A DNA stretch of 63,902 nucleotides, counting the filler, from Myxococcota bacterium (lineage in GTDB: Bacteria > Myxococcota > Myxococcia > Myxococcales > Myxococcaceae): the NCBI GenBank assembly GCA_049322255.1. It is 3 parts of 3 records of this genome, joined end to end, with 100 filler letters (N's around TTAATTAATTAA, not from the genome) between each part and the next. Parts side by side here need not be neighbours in the genome. Positions count along the whole stretch, not along the records: positions 1 to 25,148 come from JBMORE010000056.1; 2 more parts are not named here. One strand, 5' to 3'. The stretch's first letter is position 1. Each line of letters begins with the position of its first letter. Shown here one piece after another: positions 1-8,463 of this stretch. The notes beneath the pieces are model-generated. The model had not been told where the DNA came from. It saw only the letters and a program-made list of their open reading frames with translations, and did no database searches. Both the position numbers and the translations under genes were made by a program.

Positions 1-648
1 GGGCATCACCCGGTCGACCTCGTAGTCGGGCGGTTGGTCGGGGTGAGGCACCGGGTTGGGCCGCAGCTCGGGCGGAGGAATGCGGGCCTCGTCCTGTGGG
101 CCGACCAGCTCGAGCTCCAGCGCCTCGGCGTCGGCGCGCAACAGGCGGTGGTGCGGCCAGCGGAGCATGTGGGCGATGCGGAAGAGAAAGTCGAGGGCCT
201 CCTGGCGGCGATTGAGGTCCGCGACGCGAAAAATGAGCCCAAGCTCGCGCTCTTGAAGCTGGGCGGTGAAGGCCATCTCCAGCCGCAGCGTCAGCGGGCC
301 CGCTCCTTCAGGGCCCACGCCCAGCCGTACCCGCTCCAGCGCGCGGAAGGGGATGGTGGTCGTTCGGGCGAACAAAAGAAAAACCCCCTCGCGCTCGAGG
401 GTGAAACGCTCGGTGGCGCCATCCCACTCGAAGACGGCGATGCGCGAAGACCTCCAGCCGAGAAGCCCGGCGAGGGTGACGCCGGCCAGGGCCAGCCAGG
501 GTGTGCTGAGGCCAAGCGTGGCGGCGGTGACGACGATGGCGGTGAGGCCGAGCGCCCACGCTCCGTGGATGAGCCAGTGGGGCGTACCGTTCCAGACCAA
601 CCGGACGCGAAAAGATTCGCGCGTGTCGTAGCGGAGGCGGTCGCTCAC
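1..648 (-). CDS. Hypothetical membrane protein, 3' end runs off the window
   Basis: Manual translation (absent from the ORF track): GTG at 648 gives MSDRLRYDTRESFRVRLVWNGTPHWLIHGAWALGLTAIVV..., two hydrophobic segments then a soluble region, open to base 1. Confidence 0.6.
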   Translation of the reverse strand, partial: MSDRLRYDTRESFRVRLVWNGTPHWLIHGAWALGLTAIVVTAATLGLSTPWLALAGVTLAGLLGWRSSRIAVFEWDGATERFTLEREGVFLLFARTTTIPFRALERVRLGVGPEGAGPLTLRLEMAFTAQLQERELGLIFRVADLNRRQEALDFLFRIAHMLRWPHHRLLRADAEALELELVGPQDEARIPPPELRPNPVPHPDQPPDYEVDRVMP

Positions 649-797
649 GGTCCGGAGCACACGCTGTCGCGGCCGCACTTGTTGCCGAGACGGCGGTTGA
701 GAACGAGAGAAACGAGCAGGAGGGGACGCACGGGCGAAAAGCTAGCACACCGACCTTTTGAAACTTGATACGAGGCAAGGCACGAAAAGGAGCCCCC

Positions 798-1592
798 ATG
801 CACACGCTTCGCTTCGCGCCCATCGCGATTGTCATCCTCGCTGCTTGTCCGGAGAAGAAGGCCGAGCCACCTCCGGCTCCGCCTGCGCCGGTCGCGGTCA
901 AACCGCCTGAGCCTGTACCGGCCGAGCCCGATGCCGGTGGTCAGCCGGGGATGGTCGCTGCGGTGGCGGGGGGCACCGGTTCCATCGAAGGAGTGGTGAG
1001 CTTGGAAGGCAAGGCGCCGGCCATGGAGCTGCTCAAGCGCTCCGCCGACCCCTACTGCGCCAAGACGCCGATGAAGGAGGAAACGGTGCTCGCCCAGGAC
1101 GGCAAGCTAAAGAACGTCCTGGTACGCATCAAGGAGAAGGTCGCCGGCAAGCTGCCGGACTCGCCGGTGGTCATCGACCAATTGGAGTGCATGTACCGCC
1201 CGCGTGTTTCCGGGGCGATGAAGGGGCAGCAGCTCCAAATCAAGAACTCCAACGGCACGCTGCACAACGTGCACACTTACGTGGAGGGCACCAAGACCTG
1301 GTTCAACCAGGCGCAGCCGCCCAAGTCCAAAGACATCGTCAAGCCGATCGACAAGGACGGGGTGGTCAAGCTCAAGTGCGACGTGCACCCGTGGATGACT
1401 GGCTACGTGGTGGTGAGCGAGCACCCGTACTTCGCGGTCACCGGGGCGGATGGGAAGTTCAAGCTGGAGAACGTCCCCGCAGGCAGCTACACCCTCGAGG
1501 CCTGGCACGAGAAGCTGGGTACCCAGACCGCGTCCGTCACGGTGAAAGCCCAGGAAGCGGTCAGCGCGAGCTTCGCGTTTCAGGTGAAATAG
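798..1592 (+). CDS. Lipoprotein with cupredoxin-like (type 1 Cu) motif and C-terminal carboxypeptidase-regulatory-like beta domain
   Basis: AAAGGAG RBS; lipobox ILAA-C; Pro-rich linker; HNVH...CDVHPWM gives a His/Cys/His/Met ligand set. Confidence 0.75.
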   Translation: MHTLRFAPIAIVILAACPEKKAEPPPAPPAPVAVKPPEPVPAEPDAGGQPGMVAAVAGGTGSIEGVVSLEGKAPAMELLKRSADPYCAKTPMKEETVLAQDGKLKNVLVRIKEKVAGKLPDSPVVIDQLECMYRPRVSGAMKGQQLQIKNSNGTLHNVHTYVEGTKTWFNQAQPPKSKDIVKPIDKDGVVKLKCDVHPWMTGYVVVSEHPYFAVTGADGKFKLENVPAGSYTLEAWHEKLGTQTASVTVKAQEAVSASFAFQVK

Positions 1593-1603
1593 AGCGGCGC
1601 CCG

Positions 1604-1846
1604 CTATTCCTGCATGGACTTCAAGACGTCCTGCTTGCGGCCCTGTTGAATCAGCTTGTCGTGCTTGAAGCCGTCGCGCAGGGCCATGTACGTGAAGAAG
1701 CCGAAGATGACGATCATCATCAGAATCGGCACGTTGTCAGGCTTGCTGGCGATGAGCTTCAAGTTCTCCCAGCCAGAGTAGGGCTCGACGTCACTGGTGG
1801 CCGCTCCGGCGGAGGCGAGCACGTACAGGTGCGTGAAGAGGGTCAT
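1604..1846 (-). CDS. 80-aa single-TM protein resembling the N-terminal extension of subunit-IV-like cytochrome b proteins
   Basis: ATG at 1846; WENLKLIASKPDNVPILMMIVIFGFFTYMALRDG; GC3-rich codons; divergent from the Rieske gene. Confidence 0.7.
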   Translation of the reverse strand: MTLFTHLYVLASAGAATSDVEPYSGWENLKLIASKPDNVPILMMIVIFGFFTYMALRDGFKHDKLIQQGRKQDVLKSMQE

Positions 1847-2036
1847 GGCGAGGTGCTTCGTAGAAAAGCCCGCCCCCGAGGTCAAGGACACAAGGAGCAG
1901 GCGGTCAAAAGGTGGCCCGTCGAGCGGCTTATGGAAGCCGACATTTTTTCGGAGGGCTTTGGCGAAATCCAACTCTTTACGAGCGCCGTTTCGTTCGATA
2001 GGAAACGCGCGCTTCTCCAAGGAGGCGTGGACCGTC

Positions 2037-2570
2037 ATGGCTGACCTGCAGGAAGGCGGAAGCGGCGAAAACATCTGGTCGCGCCGCAACGTGCTGAGCA
2101 TCGCCGGGTGGATGGGCATCATCGGCGCGCTGCACGCCGGAGGGCTGGCGCTCGTGGCGCTCTTGTTTCCGCGCGTTCTCTTCGAGCCCCCCACCGCGTT
2201 CAAGGCCGGCAGCCCCGGCTCCTTCAACGTCGGCGAGGTTTCGGAGCGGTTCATGAAAGACCAGCGCGTGTGGATTGTGCGCGAGGCCACCGGGTTCTAC
2301 GCGCTCTCGGGCATCTGCACCCACCTGGGCTGCACCCCGCGCTGGCTGGGCCCGGAGGACAAGTTCAAGTGCCCCTGCCACGGCTCGGGCTTCCGCCGCG
2401 ACGGCACCAACTTCGAGGGTCCCGCTCCCCGCCCGCTGGAGCGGGTGAAGATTACCCGCGGCGACGACGGGCAGATCGTCATCGACAAGGCAGTGAAATT
2501 CCGCAAGGAGCTCCAAGAATGGGAGCGCCCGGGTGCCTACCTCAAATTCAGCTCCTCCTCGACCGCGTAA
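2037..2570 (+). CDS. petC: Rieske [2Fe-2S] subunit of a cytochrome bc complex
   Basis: AAGGAGG RBS; Tat-like SRRNVL plus TM helix; CTHLGC and CPCHGS boxes; GPAPRPL. Confidence 0.95.
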   Translation: MADLQEGGSGENIWSRRNVLSIAGWMGIIGALHAGGLALVALLFPRVLFEPPTAFKAGSPGSFNVGEVSERFMKDQRVWIVREATGFYALSGICTHLGCTPRWLGPEDKFKCPCHGSGFRRDGTNFEGPAPRPLERVKITRGDDGQIVIDKAVKFRKELQEWERPGAYLKFSSSSTA

Positions 2571-2585
2571 AGGACCGCACGCCAC

Positions 2586-3371
2586 ATGGCCGACCCTCAA
2601 AAGCCCACCCCGCAGAGCGCGCTCGACAAGATTTTCACCAGCGCCGTGTGGCGCTCGATCTTCCGCCACGGCTACGCGGACACGCCGCGCAACCGCGTGC
2701 TCCAGGTCTCCGCCAACGTTTGGCTTCACCTGCACCCCTCGAAGGTGCGCCGCCACGGCATTCGCTACCGGCACACCTGGTGCGCGGGCGGGCTCACCTT
2801 CCTCCTCTACCTGGTCACCGTGGTCACCGGCGTCATCTTGATGTTCTATTACCGGCCGACGCAGGAGTACGCGTACTTCGACATCAAGTACCTCGACTTC
2901 GACGTCCCCTTCGGAATGCTCATGCGGAACATGCACCGCTGGGCGGCCCACGGGATGATCATCTTCATCTGGCTCCACATGTTCCGCGTCTTCATGACGG
3001 GGAGCTACAAGCCGCCACGGGAGTTCAACTGGGTGGTGGGCGTCAACCTCCTCGTGCTCACCATGTTGATGTCCTTCACCGGCTACCTCTTGCCGTGGGA
3101 CCAGCTGGCCATCTGGGCGGTGACGGTGGGGACCAACATGGCTCGCGCCACTCCGCTGATTGGCCACGAGGGCCCGTTTGGTCCCGAAGTCGGCGTCACC
3201 CCCCGCTACGACATGCGCGCGCTCTTGCTCGGCGGCACGGTGGTGGGCCCGCCAGCGCTGCTTCGCTTTTACGTTTTGCACTGCATCTTCATCCCCATCA
3301 TCGTCAGCGTGCTGATGATTCTGCACTTCTGGCGAGTCCGAAAAGACGGCGGCATCTCCGGCCCGCTCTAG
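2586..3371 (+). CDS. petB: Cytochrome b6-type (N-terminal half of a split cytochrome b)
   Basis: RNMHRWAAH...[20 protein letters not shown]...LHF; C-terminal GISGPL; WCAGG at the heme-ci Cys position. Confidence 0.95.
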   Translation: MADPQKPTPQSALDKIFTSAVWRSIFRHGYADTPRNRVLQVSANVWLHLHPSKVRRHGIRYRHTWCAGGLTFLLYLVTVVTGVILMFYYRPTQEYAYFDIKYLDFDVPFGMLMRNMHRWAAHGMIIFIWLHMFRVFMTGSYKPPREFNWVVGVNLLVLTMLMSFTGYLLPWDQLAIWAVTVGTNMARATPLIGHEGPFGPEVGVTPRYDMRALLLGGTVVGPPALLRFYVLHCIFIPIIVSVLMILHFWRVRKDGGISGPL

Positions 3372-3393
3372 GAGCTTTTTTCAAGGAACGACC

Positions 3394-4203
3394 ATGGCCG
3401 ACGCGGTTCAGCCCATTCCCTCCAACCAGGAGCAGGTGAAGATCGACGCGGCTGCGCGCCGTGCGGAGATCGACGTCCAGCTCCCCGACAAGGTTCACAC
3501 CTGGCCGTACCTGGTGCGGGCCGAGTTCATCTCCGGCTGCGTGATGATTCTCGCGCTGCTCGTCTGGTCGATCGTCATCGACGCGCCCCTCGAGGAGCCC
3601 GCCAACCCTTCGAAGACGCCCAACCCCTCCAAGGCGCCCTGGTACTTCCTCGGGTTGCAAGAGATGTTGGTGTACTTCGACCCGTGGATCGCCGGGGTCA
3701 TCTTGCCCACGCTGATCATCATCGGGTTGATGGTGATTCCCTACGTGGACATCAACCCCAACGGCAACGGCTACTACACCTTCCGCGAGCGGCCGATGGC
3801 CGTCTCCACCTTCCTCTTCGGCTTCTTGGGGCTGTGGGTGGGGTTCATCATCATCGGCGTCTTCTTACGCGGGCCGGGGTGGAACCTCTTCGCTCCCTGG
3901 GATTATTGGGACCCGCACAAAGTGGTGCCGATGACCAACGTCGATCTGCCCTATCTATTGGGCGCGCGCACCGAGCTATGGACACAGCTGGTCGGTGGCG
4001 TCGCGGTCATGGGTTGGTTCGCGCTCGGGCCTCTCTTTTGGCTGTGGAAGAAAGACCACCCGATGATGAAAAAGCTCGGGCTGGTCCGCTACATGATCGT
4101 TTCCTTCCTCTATCTGTGCATGGGAGGAACGGTGGTGAAAATCATCCTGCGGCTCGTTTTCAGCGTGAAGTACATCTGGGCCAACCAGTTCTTCAACATC
4201 TAG
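3394..4203 (+). CDS. petD: Cytochrome b subunit IV-like protein with extra C-terminal TM helices
   Basis: WP...APLEEPANPSKTPNPSKAPWYFLG (APWY in place of PEWY); follows petB. Confidence 0.85.
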   Translation: MADAVQPIPSNQEQVKIDAAARRAEIDVQLPDKVHTWPYLVRAEFISGCVMILALLVWSIVIDAPLEEPANPSKTPNPSKAPWYFLGLQEMLVYFDPWIAGVILPTLIIIGLMVIPYVDINPNGNGYYTFRERPMAVSTFLFGFLGLWVGFIIIGVFLRGPGWNLFAPWDYWDPHKVVPMTNVDLPYLLGARTELWTQLVGGVAVMGWFALGPLFWLWKKDHPMMKKLGLVRYMIVSFLYLCMGGTVVKIILRLVFSVKYIWANQFFNI

Positions 4204-4218
4204 GCGGCCAAGAACTCC

Positions 4219-7200
4219 ATGGGCAAGCCGGTCGAACGACAGAACCACACGTTGTCCTTCTTCATCCTCTCCGTGCTCATTTCGGTGTGCACCGGGTGGG
4301 CGTTCTACGACGAGTACCTCGCTCGGCGGCCGTGGAAGGACTTCCAGGAGCGCATCTTCGGCTTCGAGAAAGCGAAGGCCGCGCTCGACCTCGCCCACTT
4401 CGAGCGCAAGCTCGCCACCGGCGACATTCAGGTGGTGCTCGACCCGGCCAAGCCGGAGGAGAAGACCACCGTCGCCGAGGCGAGAAAGAAGCTCGAGGAG
4501 CTGGAGAAGGCAGTGGCTGCCCAGGGTCCACGGCTCGCCGCCTCCTTGGCCGCCATCGAGAAGGCGAAAATCGAAGCCTTCGATACCGACCTCGCGGTGA
4601 AGATGCTCAAGAGCGAGGACGACGGGCTGTTCTACCAGATGCAGCACGCCCAGCACCAAGAAGCGCTCGCCCGTACCACTGCGCAGAAGCACCAAGAGGC
4701 GGGCCACCCCGCCGAAGCGAAAGAAGCACAAGAGCTCGCCGAGAAACACGCCAAGCACCTGCGGGAGGTGGAAGAGGCGCGGGCCAAGAAGCACGAAGAG
4801 ATTCGTCAGGCTGAAGAGAAGGCGGCCGCATCGGAGAAGGCGCTGGCCGAGGTGAAGGCCAAGCACGATGAGCTGGTGGGCGAGCGCGATCGGCTCAAGG
4901 CGGCGATCGAGAGCGCGCTCGACCCGGTGCTCACCGCCAAGAGCTCGCTGGAGGCGGCGCAGAAGAAGGGCACGGAGCTGACCCAGTATTGGCTCACCAG
5001 CTACGACAACTCGGTCGACCGTTGCCAAAACTGCCATGCCTCCATCGACCGCTGCGGCTTCTCACGCCCGCACGAGGTGCTGGCCGCGGTGGAGAAGGCA
5101 GGCGACAAGGCGGCAGAGGCGATGGCCGCCTTCTGCGTCACCTCCGACTCGGTCGACTCGTACAAGGCCACCGCCGAAGCGGTGTGCGCGGTGGAGTGGG
5201 ACGCCGTTGCTTCCGCCGCCGGCTCCAGCGAGCAAGGCCGCTGCTTCACCGACCGTCATGACCGCGCGCGCATCGGCGCTTTCCTCACCAACTACTGTGG
5301 GCCCAAGCACCAGGGAGCTGTCTTGGTGCAGGACCAGGCGCTCAAGGCGGCCTGCCTCCCGGCCGAGGGGTGGACCACCCTGGCGGCATACGTGGAGGAC
5401 CCCACCCGGAAGGCCGGCGCAGAGGGGAAGACATGGTCGGCGTGCGACCTCGCTCTGGCTGCCGAGGGCGCGACCTGCGTCGAAGGCGCCGCGCTCGACC
5501 AGTTGCGCGCTTACCTCGGCGGCATCTGCGCCGAGGTATCGAAGGCGGTGCAGGGGTTGGCTTTGCACAAGGACAAGGTCTGCGCCGCGGGAGAAGACGC
5601 CCAGCGGCTGGCCGCGGTGAAGCCGGTGCTCTTCGACCTACCGGTATGGGCGCAGACGCACCCGTACCGTTCCACCCTGATGGGCTCGAACCACCCGGCC
5701 GACCGCTTCGGCTGCACCTCCTGTCACGAAGGTCAGGGGGCCCAGACCAAAGGTGTGGCCGGCGCCGAGTTCCTCCACGGCCACGACGACCACTACTGGG
5801 ACAAGCCGATGCTCGACCTGGTGGTGCACAAGAAGTTTCGCCCGGTGAGCTGGGCGGCGCCCACCGCCGGGGAGGGGGTGCCGGGCACCTGGATTTCCCA
5901 TCAAGACCATTTCGTGGAGTCGACCTGCTCCAAGTGCCACACCGACGAGGTTTCGCTCCCCCACGCCGATACCTATTCGAACGGGCGCAAGTTGGTGGCG
6001 GAGATCGGCTGCTACGGCTGCCACCCCATCGACACCTTCGCCGAGGCGCCCAAGCTGGGGCCGACGCTCACCGACCTTCGACAGAAGACCACCCCCGAGT
6101 TCCTCGCCACGTGGATTGCCTACCCCAAGGCCTTCCGCCCGCGTACCAAGATGCCGAACTTCTGGCCCGAAGCGCTCGACGTGCAACACCGGGTGCGCGA
6201 GGGCAGTGAGGAGGCGAAAGAGCGCACCGAGGACGTGGAGAAGATCGCCGCCTACCTGTGGAAGAGCTCGCGCACCGAAGCGCTTCCCCCCATTCCGGTG
6301 GCGGGTGATGCCGAGCGGGGCAAGAAGCTGGTTCAGTCGGTGGGCTGCCGCGCCTGTCACAACTTCAGCCCCCCGGAGAAGCTGTGTACTCCTGAGCAAC
6401 TTGCAGAGGGCAAGAGCCGCGGCACCGCCTCCGAGCCTGGAGAGTGCGAAGCGCCCCGGAGCCTCACCGCCAGCGAGGCGCGCGACTTCGCCCCCAACCT
6501 CTCCAACATCGGCCTCAAGACCAACGAGCGCTGGTTGTACGCGTGGGTGAAGAACCCCCAATCGATGTGGAAGGACACGCGCATGCCCACCTTGCGCCTG
6601 TCCGACCAAGAGGCGGCGGACATCACCGCCTATCTGATGACGCTGCGCGAGGGGCCGGCACTGAGCGGTCAGCCGGCGGTGTTCGCCGACGTCAGCTCGG
6701 AGGCGTTCGACAAGGCGGCTGCCGAAGGGGACAAGCTCGTCACCAAGTACGGCTGTGCGGGCTGTCACGACATCCAGGGGCACGAGCACGACGCGAAGAT
6801 CGGCGCCGACTTGAACGAGTACGGGCGGAAGACAGTCGACCTGCTCGACTTCGGCAACGCGGTGCCCAACCCGCGCCACCACAGCTGGTACAACTTCGTG
6901 GATTTGAAGCTGCGGGCACCTCGCGCCTACCGCTACGAGCGCGTGGACACCCGCATGCCGCAGTTCGACTTCACCGATGCCGAGGTGGAGTCGATCATGG
7001 TCTTCCTCAAGTCGCGCACCGCCGAGAAGGTGCCCGCCGCTTACCTGGTATCGAACAACCAGCGGCTCACCGCGATGGCGCACGGCGAGCAGGTGATGGA
7101 GCGCTACAACTGCAAGGGCTGCCACGTCATCGATGCCGGGGGCGGCCGCATTCGCGACATCTACCTCGAGGACGACCTGTGGAGGGCCCCGCCCATTTTG

Positions 7201-7746
7201 CAGGCGCAGGGCTGGCGCGTGCAGCCCGACTGGTTCTTCGAATTCTTGAAAGACCCCAGCCAACAGCTGCGGCCATGGCTGGACGTGCGCATGCCCACCT
7301 TTCCCCTGGCCGACACCGAAGCGACGCATTTGGTAGCCGGCTTCTCCGCGGGCTCGAAAGTGCCGTTCCCCTACATTTCGCTCGACGTGAAGCGGCCGCA
7401 AGGCAAGGAGCTGGAAGAGGTGAAGGCGATGGTGGCAGAGCTGCGCTGCTTCAACTGCCACACCACCGGCGAGCCCTCGCCCGACCAAGACCGCTCCTCT
7501 TTGGCACCCAACCTCGCGTTGGCCAAGCACCGCCTGCGTCCCGACTGGGTCTTCGAGTGGATCAAAAACCCGCAATCGCTCCAAGAGGGCACGCGCATGC
7601 CGTCGTTTTTCACCCCGGACGACATGAGCACCGTCATGTACCCCAAGTACTTCGGGGGCTCGCAGGAGAAGCAGATTCAGCTCCTGCGCGACTACGTGAT
7701 GACCTTGCCCGACGAGCCGGCGGGCGCACCCCGGGCGGCCAAGTAG
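4219..7746 (+). CDS. Membrane-anchored octaheme cytochrome c, 1175 aa
   Basis: N-terminal TM helix, long Ala/Glu/Lys coiled-coil-like region, 8 CxxCH (CQNCH, CTSCH, CSKCH, CYGCH, CRACH, CAGCH, CKGCH, CFNCH); the last five are each followed by a K/RMP distal-Met motif. Confidence 0.92.
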   Translation: MGKPVERQNHTLSFFILSVLISVCTGWAFYDEYLARRPWKDFQERIFGFEKAKAALDLAHFERKLATGDIQVVLDPAKPEEKTTVAEARKKLEELEKAVAAQGPRLAASLAAIEKAKIEAFDTDLAVKMLKSEDDGLFYQMQHAQHQEALARTTAQKHQEAGHPAEAKEAQELAEKHAKHLREVEEARAKKHEEIRQAEEKAAASEKALAEVKAKHDELVGERDRLKAAIESALDPVLTAKSSLEAAQKKGTELTQYWLTSYDNSVDRCQNCHASIDRCGFSRPHEVLAAVEKAGDKAAEAMAAFCVTSDSVDSYKATAEAVCAVEWDAVASAAGSSEQGRCFTDRHDRARIGAFLTNYCGPKHQGAVLVQDQALKAACLPAEGWTTLAAYVEDPTRKAGAEGKTWSACDLALAAEGATCVEGAALDQLRAYLGGICAEVSKAVQGLALHKDKVCAAGEDAQRLAAVKPVLFDLPVWAQTHPYRSTLMGSNHPADRFGCTSCHEGQGAQTKGVAGAEFLHGHDDHYWDKPMLDLVVHKKFRPVSWAAPTAGEGVPGTWISHQDHFVESTCSKCHTDEVSLPHADTYSNGRKLVAEIGCYGCHPIDTFAEAPKLGPTLTDLRQKTTPEFLATWIAYPKAFRPRTKMPNFWPEALDVQHRVREGSEEAKERTEDVEKIAAYLWKSSRTEALPPIPVAGDAERGKKLVQSVGCRACHNFSPPEKLCTPEQLAEGKSRGTASEPGECEAPRSLTASEARDFAPNLSNIGLKTNERWLYAWVKNPQSMWKDTRMPTLRLSDQEAADITAYLMTLREGPALSGQPAVFADVSSEAFDKAAAEGDKLVTKYGCAGCHDIQGHEHDAKIGADLNEYGRKTVDLLDFGNAVPNPRHHSWYNFVDLKLRAPRAYRYERVDTRMPQFDFTDAEVESIMVFLKSRTAEKVPAAYLVSNNQRLTAMAHGEQVMERYNCKGCHVIDAGGGRIRDIYLEDDLWRAPPILQAQGWRVQPDWFFEFLKDPSQQLRPWLDVRMPTFPLADTEATHLVAGFSAGSKVPFPYISLDVKRPQGKELEEVKAMVAELRCFNCHTTGEPSPDQDRSSLAPNLALAKHRLRPDWVFEWIKNPQSLQEGTRMPSFFTPDDMSTVMYPKYFGGSQEKQIQLLRDYVMTLPDEPAGAPRAAK

Positions 7747-7781
7747 CCTCTACTCCCCGTGGGAGAGGGCGGGGGCGAGGG
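7747..7781. repeat. CCCTCTCCC-type palindromic extragenic repeat, copy 1
   Basis: ctactccccgtgggagagggcgggggcgaggg immediately after the cytochrome stop. Confidence 0.7.
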
Positions 7782-7782
7782 A

Positions 7783-8412
7783 ATGCGTGCGAACGACAAG
7801 CGCTGGCTGTTCACCTTAGCGGTCATTGTGGTGACGGCGATGTTCGCCGTGCAGCTTTTGGGTCTGCGCGTGGCGTTTGGGGCAGCAGCTGTGCTGCTGG
7901 CCGTTCACCTGGCGCGCTCGGCTCTTCGCCGAAGGCGCCGGAGGGGCGCTCCGCGGAGTGGTCAGGTGGCGGTGGAGTTGTTCTCGCCGCCTTCCCGCTA
8001 TGGCCCGCGGCAGCCAGTGCCGCTGGAGACGCTCCGCCGAATGCTCGACGGCATCGGAGTGGGGCAGGTGTCGGTCGAAGAGCAAGCCCTCCTCCTCGAT
8101 GAGGGAGAGGGCCGGTGGGCGCGCTTGGTTTCGAGTACGCCGCAGGCGGTGGTGCTGGTGAACGTTCGGGTGGAGGCGAGCTCGGCGGTGGCGGCCTTGG
8201 TGCTGTGCGACGCGCTGGTACCGCTCCTGGGCCCGATGACAGTCACCCTCGACGGGGTCGAGATGTTCCTCGATGGCACCACCCCGCGTCGCGAGCTGGA
8301 AGTGGAGCTTCGCCGACGTCAGCGCATGCGAGAGGCGCAGCTGGCGCACACCCTGGGTGAGCTCGCGGCCAATCAGGGAAAACCGCCGCCGCGCGGGCCG
8401 TACTTGCACTAA
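7783..8412 (+). CDS. Hypothetical membrane protein
   Basis: Two N-terminal hydrophobic helices; ATG just after the repeat. Confidence 0.6.
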   Translation: MRANDKRWLFTLAVIVVTAMFAVQLLGLRVAFGAAAVLLAVHLARSALRRRRRRGAPRSGQVAVELFSPPSRYGPRQPVPLETLRRMLDGIGVGQVSVEEQALLLDEGEGRWARLVSSTPQAVVLVNVRVEASSAVAALVLCDALVPLLGPMTVTLDGVEMFLDGTTPRRELEVELRRRQRMREAQLAHTLGELAANQGKPPPRGPYLH

Positions 8413-8463
8413 GAGTGCGCTGCGCGTCTATTGGCGGCCTATGCAGATGTGGGTGGGCGTGGC

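Noticed and set aside
765..778. FNR-like TTGAT-ACGA-GGCAA between divergent genes
   Set aside because: 8/10 match only and 19 nt from the ATG; cannot be separated from chance without comparative data
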